Source: Botryllus schlosseri
Taxonomy: Eukaryota
DNA: 60,000 bases
Direction: 5' to 3'
Assembly: GCA_051294905.1 (NCBI GenBank)
Contig: CM119371.1
Coordinates: 32,676,001 to 32,736,000 of the forward strand
In this document: positions 52,949 to 60,000 of the stretch, piece by piece
Position numbering within the stretch: position 1 is the stretch's first letter
Layout of the letters: the number at the start of each line of letters is the position of its first letter
Translations under genes and position numbers: made by a program
The notes under the pieces: model-generated
Database searches by the model: none
Told to the model about the DNA's origin: nothing
Seen by the model: only the letters and a program-made list of their open reading frames with translations

Positions 52949-54049
52949 GGCGAGGTTTCAATTCCTTCATTGGGACAGATTAGGAAAAGAAATGAGGAAG
53001 TTATATTTCAAACGACTGTTTGCTAATTTGATGAGACTTTTCGACAACTCCAAATCCAGAATGTTACCTCTAACATTTCATTTTTTCACAGACCCCAACA
53101 AAACATTTGTAAACAGTAGGATGTGTCATCTCAGACGACCATTTTAATGATGTGAGTCCTAAATTTTTAGCAATTATGAAGCGAAACCGTCATGCCTTTC
53201 CTAACATAAAAAACAGGTTATCATTCACGTTACAAATTTAGAGGTTTCGCGGACCCCCTGAAAACGCTTCGTTGACTCCCGGATGAGGAATGCCACTGAT
53301 CTAAACCTTCATATGTCTTGGTGCACCGTGGTGCGGTAATGGCCAACGCCGATGTGCCCATTTCTATAAATCTTGCGTATTTTTTCTTGGGGGAAGAGTA
53401 CCCCAAAATTAAGATATTTGGCAACTGGAAATCGCGAAAATCAAAATTGTGTTCTGTGCATCCTTCAATAATTTGAAATCTTTTTATATCTGAAAACTCC
53501 TCCAATTATCAATGACTTTAGACAAACACACATTGAGCAAGCACGTGCATTGCAGTTTTGCCCCAAAGCCACCAATGGCATGTCGAATTTTACTATGTCT
53601 TAAATTAGAACTTCTATGACTACGTTTCTGTGACTTCACTCCACGCTCAGATCAGATAAGTGTTCTTGAGATGGTCTATCCACAATGTCTGAATCTCAGA
53701 AACTTCGGATATTCAATTCTAAACCTGCTAACAGAACACAGATCTGTAAAAATATCAGTAATAATTACCCACGTTACAAGAACTGCTGCAGAGACTTTAT
53801 TAAGCGTCTAACCGTCGAAGCGGCTAGACGCGAAAGACACAGGAGCAACACAAGACATCACTACTATAACAGGTAGCGGTATAGAGCACGACTGCCACAT
53901 ATCGACTGCAATTGTACATGTGAATATTCCTATGCATTTTATGAAACGTCCATGAATTTACGTCAGGAAATATTGGAGAACAAAATCGACTAATTGGACG
54001 GAGATGAAAAAAAAACGTTTTTCAGATACTTGAATGTATTACATGTTAA

Positions 54050-55023
54050 TGAATTCACCATTGGAGTACCCCTTCGCAGTATATGTTGTCCCCCATGCAT
54101 TTCATCCATGATTGTCGCTGCCAGTATGCACATTCATATGTCGCTGGATGTGATTCTTCTGAGTAAACGCCCTCTCACATAAATCACATTTATGATTTTT
54201 GATGCCAGCATGTAATACATATGAAGCTTTAGGTGACTATTCTGAGAAAATGCTTTTCCACACACATCACATTCATGATTTTTGTCACCAGCCTGCATAT
54301 ACATATAGATCTTGAGCTCACGCTTTCCAAAAATTGCTTTAACACATACATCACATTCTCACTTTGTGATGCCTGCGTGTATATCCATATGAGGCTTGAG
54401 TCGACACTTATGACTGAATGCTTTTCCACATATATCGCATTCATGACTTTTGATGCATCGACGTTTTTTTTCATATGTAGCATGAGGCTATTCTTGTGAG
54501 TGAATTCTACCCCACATACTTCAAATTTATGTTTTTTGATGACAGCATATATCTTCATGTGAAGCCGGAGGTTATTCTTATGGGCGAATAACTGGCCACA
54601 TATATCACATTTAACACTTTTTCTGCAATCATGCGTATCCATACAACGACTGAGGTCAATTTTCTGAGTAAATGCTTTCCCACATACATCACATTGATGA
54701 TTTTTGATGCCATCATGCATATCCACATGACGACTGAGGTCATCCTTCCGAGTAAATGCCTTTCCACATAAATCAGATTCATGATTTTTAATGCCTGAAT
54801 GCATCTCCATATGAAGCTTTAGCACATTCTTCATATTGAATGGCTTACCACAAACATCACATTCGTGCTTTTAACACCAGCATGCATATCCATATGATAC
54901 TTGAGGACATGTTTATGAGTAAATGTTTTCCCATATACATCACATTCATGGTTTTTGTTGCCAGCATGCATATTCATATGAAACTTGAGGTCACCCTCTC
55001 GAGTAAATGCTCTCCCACATACA
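54050..55023 (-). pseudogene. Decayed continuation of the zinc-finger array of paralogue 2
   Basis: About ten further finger units in shifting frames, e.g. CDVCGRAFTREGDLKFHMNMH, HQCDVCGKAFTQKIDLSRC, with lost Cys/His ligands. Confidence 0.85.
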
Positions 55024-56508
55024 TCACATATCCATATTGTGTTTTTTAACACCAGCATGCATATCCATATGATACTTGAGGACATGTTTATGAGTAAATG
55101 TTTTCCCACATACATCACATTTTTGTCTTTTGTTGCCATTGTGCATATTCATATGTCGCCTGAGGACACCCTTCTCAGAAAATGCTTTCCCACATACATC
55201 ACATTCATGATTTTTGATGCCAGCATGCATATCAATATGACGTTTGATGTGACCATACTGAGTAAATACTTTTCCACATATATCACATTTATGTCTTTTG
55301 ATGCCAGTGTGCATATTCATATGTCGCGTGAAGACACCCTTCTCAGAAAATGCTTTCCCACATACATAACATTCATGATTTTTGATGCCAGCGTGCATGT
55401 CCATATGAAGCTTGAGGGTAGTCTTCCACGCGAATGCTTTATCACATACATGGCATTTATGATTTTGGATGCCAGTATGCATATTCATATGCCGCTTGAG
55501 GTAACGCATCCTAGGAAATGCTTTCCCACATACAGTACACCCATGATTTTCAATGCCACAATGGACATCCATATGACTCTTGAGGCCGCCCTTCGTGGTA
55601 AATGCTTTCCCGCATACATCACACCCATGATTTTTGATGCCAGCATGCATATTCATATGATGCTTGAGGTCACCCTTCCGAGTAAATGCTTTTCCACATA
55701 CATCACATCCGTGATCTTTGATACCAGCATGCATATCCATATGACGTTTGATGTGACCATAATGAGTAAATGCTTTTCCACATACATCACATTCATGATT
55801 TTTGATGTCAGCGTGCATGTCCATATGAAGCTTGAGGTTAGTCTTCCACACGAATGCTTTATCACATACATGGCATTTATGATTTTGGATGCCAGTATGC
55901 ATATTCATATGCAGCTTGAGGTAACCCATCCTAGTAAATGCTTTCCCACATACAGTACACCAATGATTTTCAATGCCACAATGCACATTCATATGACTCT
56001 TGAGGCCGCCCTTCGTGGTAAATGCTTTCCCGCATACACCGCATGTATGATTTTGGATGCCAGTATGAATATTCATATGCCGCTTGAGGTATCCCATCCT
56101 AGTAAATGCTTTCCCACATACAGTACACCCATGATTTTCAATGCCAAAATGCACATTCATATGACTCTTGAGGACGCCCTTCTTGGTAAATGCTTTCCCG
56201 CATACATCACATTCATGATTTCTGATGCTAGCATGCATATCCATATGACCCTTGAGGTGCGCCTTCCCAGTAAATGCTTTCTCACATACTTCACATTTCT
56301 GATTTTTGATGCCATCACGAATGTCTATATGACATCTGAGGTTATTCTTTAGAGTGAATGCTCTGCCACATACATCATTTATATGATTTTTCATGGGAAC
56401 ACGCACGTGCGTATGAAGCTTGTCAATTTTCTGAGAAGACTCTTTCCCGGAGATATCGTTTGGGCGATCTTTCAAGCCCTGATCAACAGTTGATTTTTCA
56501 GATTCCAT
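55024..56508 (-). CDS. Tandem C2H2 zinc-finger protein, 494 aa (15 intact fingers + 1 degenerate), paralogue 2; truncated by a frameshift
   Basis: 28-aa periodic CxxC-x12-HxxxH with H(A/T)GIKNHEC linkers; short N-terminus with no recognisable KRAB/ZAD/SCAN domain. Confidence 0.85.
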   Translation of the reverse strand: MESEKSTVDQGLKDRPNDISGKESSQKIDKLHTHVRVPMKNHINDVCGRAFTLKNNLRCHIDIRDGIKNQKCEVCEKAFTGKAHLKGHMDMHASIRNHECDVCGKAFTKKGVLKSHMNVHFGIENHGCTVCGKAFTRMGYLKRHMNIHTGIQNHTCGVCGKAFTTKGGLKSHMNVHCGIENHWCTVCGKAFTRMGYLKLHMNMHTGIQNHKCHVCDKAFVWKTNLKLHMDMHADIKNHECDVCGKAFTHYGHIKRHMDMHAGIKDHGCDVCGKAFTRKGDLKHHMNMHAGIKNHGCDVCGKAFTTKGGLKSHMDVHCGIENHGCTVCGKAFPRMRYLKRHMNMHTGIQNHKCHVCDKAFAWKTTLKLHMDMHAGIKNHECYVCGKAFSEKGVFTRHMNMHTGIKRHKCDICGKVFTQYGHIKRHIDMHAGIKNHECDVCGKAFSEKGVLRRHMNMHNGNKRQKCDVCGKTFTHKHVLKYHMDMHAGVKKHNMDM

Positions 56509-57688
56509 GTCGGTCTTTTTGTTGAAATGATCGTAGGTGTTCCACAGAACACTTTTATTTATTACACTGAAGAAAATATATATGATTCAAAGTTCAACGT
56601 GTTTAACATACATTTTTAACAGATTGGCCTAGCACATGAAACTAACTCTCCCTGATACTCATCAGGGGAAATCGTCAGCAACCGAAAGAGAATTGGAAAG
56701 AACAATGTATCACCAAATATGAGGTCACATGCATGAACTATCAAGGAATTGGGACGAAAAGACCGCTTAAGCTCAATGTACGGTTTTTAGATAAAAGACG
56801 AACTCCTTTTGCTGGCACTAACTAGCTTGGCGTATTTTGACGAAAGTCGACTCATAGGCACACATATTAATGCGTGACCGGCCTCTCGCGACAAGGGACG
56901 AATTCGAGGAAAAAGCAGTATGATACCAATTGCCTAATTGCATATGATCTCACAAACATTAAAGAATTGGCATGTCAAAAGAACGGAGTTTAAATTTTGA
57001 ACCTCAATGTCCCGCGTGTACGCTGGTGCAGACAATCACCACAACAGAGTCAATTCAACTACTGAAAAAGGCTCAATACGGTTACCCTATTTTCGTAGAC
57101 AAAAATCTGCACGCTCACTATATATTGTCAATATGACGTCACACCAGCAATGCTTTGCCTAACCTTTACATTCCGGAGTCTATTTCTTAACACAGTGTAG
57201 TGAATTCATTAGGACTAGGCTATTGGTCACCTCTTGTCAGAGCCCCAAAACGATCACCATATGGGCCGAACTCGATACGCCAAATGTAGAGAATGATCAC
57301 TAGCACCAGTATAACCACCCAATTTCACTCTGGTAACCATATAACGAACAGTTCGGAGATATTGACACTTCATTTCTTAATGTTTTCGAATATACGGAGA
57401 GAAGTGCACTCGCGTATCTTTGTTACCTACTGACCATCTACAATCCTATATGGGTGTTACGTTCTCAGTCGCAGAAACGCTTGCCAGTTGCAAGAGTCAC
57501 AACATCAATCTACGGCGAAACTTTTCTTCATCAGCCGCCATCCTGTGGAACAAAACCGTTTTATTTACACGAGCGTTCGAACTACAGTAGTGTTTATTCT
57601 GCATTACAACTATATGCACTAGGGGTGGCCTGGACCCCTGAAAGGTTCGGGTTCGTGTGAACACGCACCTTTTTGATAGGTTTTGTGT

Positions 57689-59517
57689 CAGTGCTTCTCA
57701 ACCGGTGTGCCGCGGCACACTAGTGTGCCATTTACGTCTCGCAAGTGTGCCGCGAGCGATTCCTTTGAAATTCTGAAATGAGGCGCAGATCAATTCTAGG
57801 ATATAGCAAACGATCAACAATCTAAATCGAGCTTGTTGTGAAGTTCGTATATTTGATGAATCTAAAATTATATTATGCCCGCAATACGTTTCCCCAGCGT
57901 ACTCGCATTACCCGACATATCGCGTGCCTTGAAGGCAGAGGTTAGTTTTGCACAATACGTAGTTTGACCGCAGAGAAGTGCAAACACGGCGGCGCCTGTA
58001 TGACGATACAGTAATCCTCATTGCAGACTTGGACAACTAGATAATTCTAGTTGTCTAATTCCACTAAATTATAGCGAAATGCCAGCAATCTAATTCTAAT
58101 CTAGTTTGCAAAAGCCGAAAATTTTTTAGTTGTTCAAGTATAAGCTTGGGCAACTAGATAATTGTAGTTGACTAATCTCACTAAATTAGAGCGAAATACC
58201 GGTATTCTAATTCTAATCTAATTTAGAAAGGCTGAAAATTTTCTAGTTGTCCAAGTCTGCCTCATTGTCTCCCCAATCACCAACGAGAAATGAACGTCTT
58301 AAGAAGTGACGTTGGCGCTTCAAAATTCAAATTACAAACATAACAATACACATTTCGATGCTGACACTTCGGGTAAAATGTAGGTTTGCAGCACAACGTT
58401 CTGTTTCCGGCGACGAATATGACAATCGAGAAGTATGGTTGATCCAGTCATATCAGTAACCGAACTGTCTGGCCTCGGTTACCAAAACGTTTAAAGTTTC
58501 GACTAGATCGCAGCAGGTCAGTTATGTGGTAGCGGAGGTGCCGGCTAAAAATCCAAAGCCTCACACGGAAGCGGAAAAAGTTATTCTTCGGCTTGCACGG
58601 GAATTGTGAAAAAATGTTTGCGACCAAACTGCAGATTATTTGAAAACGATTCCCATGTAAAATAATCCGTTTCGTAGACTATTTGATTTGGGTCATGTCC
58701 AGAGATATTTGCATATTTGGTAGATATCTTTGACCACTTAAACAAGACAAATTCCAGTACCCAAGCGAGAATGAAATCTCTTATCTGCAACAGAGAAAAA
58801 CTTAGAGAATTTCAACAGAAATTCAAAGTGTGGTCATTCCGAGCAGGATCTTATTGTAGCACGTTCTCCAATTTCTCCGAACGAATAAAATCGAAATCGT
58901 GCCGTTAGTTGTTCAGCATCTCAAATGTTTGCATGCATCAATAAGCACTTATTTTCCAACAATATAGTAACAGAAAACGATGCAAGGGTAAAACGCTCAT
59001 TTTTGCCGCAGGAAACCCATTTTACTTAAAATCTCAAAAATGGGGAAGAGCTGATTGACATATGTAATGAAGTAGACATGAAGTTATGGTCCAATGAAAT
59101 GTAATAAAATCCTGACGGATTATCATTACCTTGGAGAAAAGGCAACTGTGATTTTATTTCAATTTTCCAAGTCGTACCTGCGCGAGACGGGATATCCGTT
59201 CTGGTCAACATACAAACCAAAAAAAGAATGAAGTTACTGACTTTTGAAGCAGAGACAAGCGTGAGCGTAGCAATGTAAAATGTGTGTCCAGACATTGAAA
59301 GGATATGCGCTAGAAGTCAAGCGCAAATTTCGCACTGACTTTGTTTGTGATGAAATTCAATATATTGTTTTGTTTTCGATAGAACTGTTCAATTTAATAC
59401 AAAAACTTGATTGACTACAGAGGTGGTCGCATTAGTTAAAGTTACTACTGAAGTGGGTGCTGCTAAGTATTCTAGTAGTTTGCAGGTGCCGTAAGCCAAA
59501 AAAGTTCAGAACCACTG
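57689..59517 (+). mobile_element. Degenerate Buster-like hAT element (paralogue of 15023-19149)
   Basis: Same ends; VDIFDHLNKTNSSTQARMK remnant. Confidence 0.7.
58024..58259. mobile_element. hAT-type MITE present only in duplication copy 2
   Basis: 18-bp TIR CAGACTTGGACAACTAGA; perfect TSD CCTCATTG; built from two ~118-bp units; empty site at ~15892. Confidence 0.92.
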
Positions 59518-59722
59518 TGCCGGTGTGCCGCGTAAAGTTTTTAATTTCCAAAGAGTGCCGCGAGTGCCACGAGTGCAATGTGTACTATATGCAACACAGA
59601 CTTGTATAAATTACTTAAAAAAAACGCAACTACAATAACAACTAGAACTACTCAGAACCAAAACCAGACCTAGAACTCATGACCAAGGAAAATTATTACA
59701 CAACAGAATACAGAGCGAATGT

Positions 59723-60000
59723 GTGGTGAGATAGCGTAATGGTATAATCCACAGCTACAACACAACTAGGTATGTGGGTTCGATTCCGACCGAGGTCGAC
59801 TTCGGAATTCCTTCCTAAATGTTTGAGGTTTATCTGGGCTCCTACTCGCCCTCTCATCCGCGTAACCAGGTGTCTTACTAAAAGCCTAGAAGCAGGCCGT
59901 GCTACAAGTCGGCAGATACGTAAACAAAAATAAGAAATATCGGCCTGGAGTAAATGATCATAGTAGTCGACAAACACCACGAATACCACAAACAACAACG
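59723..60000 (+). mobile_element. tRNA-derived SINE
   Basis: A-box TAGCGTAATGG, B-box GGTTCGATTCC, body homologous to 23925-24211, AAC-rich tail at the window edge. Confidence 0.75.

Larger units (their letters stand above)
38481..53298. mobile_element. Probable old hAT-type MITE split by the Polinton insertion
   Basis: Degenerate ends cactggttctcaacc..ttcgcggacc and ttcgcggaccccc..gaggaatgccactg; flanks gcctaaaa/atctaaac match only partly. Confidence 0.35.
55800..59580. repeat. Segmental duplication copy 2
   Basis: Direct-orientation paralogue of ~12700-19220 without the copy-1 insertions. Confidence 0.92.

Noticed and set aside
54985..56352. 455-aa plus-strand ORF (and 12719-13174)
   Set aside because: Antisense shadow of the 84-bp zinc-finger periodicity; no independent coding signal.
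59723..59800. Functional tRNA gene
   Set aside because: A/B boxes are present but I could not fold a convincing cloverleaf, and it continues into a body shared with the diverged copy at 23925-24211, so it is a SINE.

Overview
AT-rich, transposon-saturated metazoan (probably invertebrate) genomic DNA. The standout is a 14,041-bp Polinton/Maverick-derived element (38908-52948). It has AGTAGT...ACTACT termini and a perfect 6-bp TSD (GGCGAG), but almost all of it is one giant palindrome: two near-identical 6,562-bp arms around a 917-bp spacer. It carries only heavily decayed remnants resembling protein-primed PolB, major capsid protein and adenain-like protease, and I saw no integrase. It looks like a copy-back, non-autonomous Polinton mobilised in trans (inference). 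The window also holds two paralogous minus-strand tandem C2H2 zinc-finger genes in a ~43-kb-spaced segmental duplication: one is broken by a frameshift and a piggyBac insertion, the other is a 494-aa ORF with a decaying finger tail. Other contents are a two-gene PIF/Harbinger element whose empty site is present elsewhere in the window, hAT transposase relics, deeply nested MITEs with readable TSDs, a tRNA-derived SINE family, a LINE 3' fragment and a (GA)71 microsatellite. All protein-family calls come from motif recognition by eye; no searches were run.
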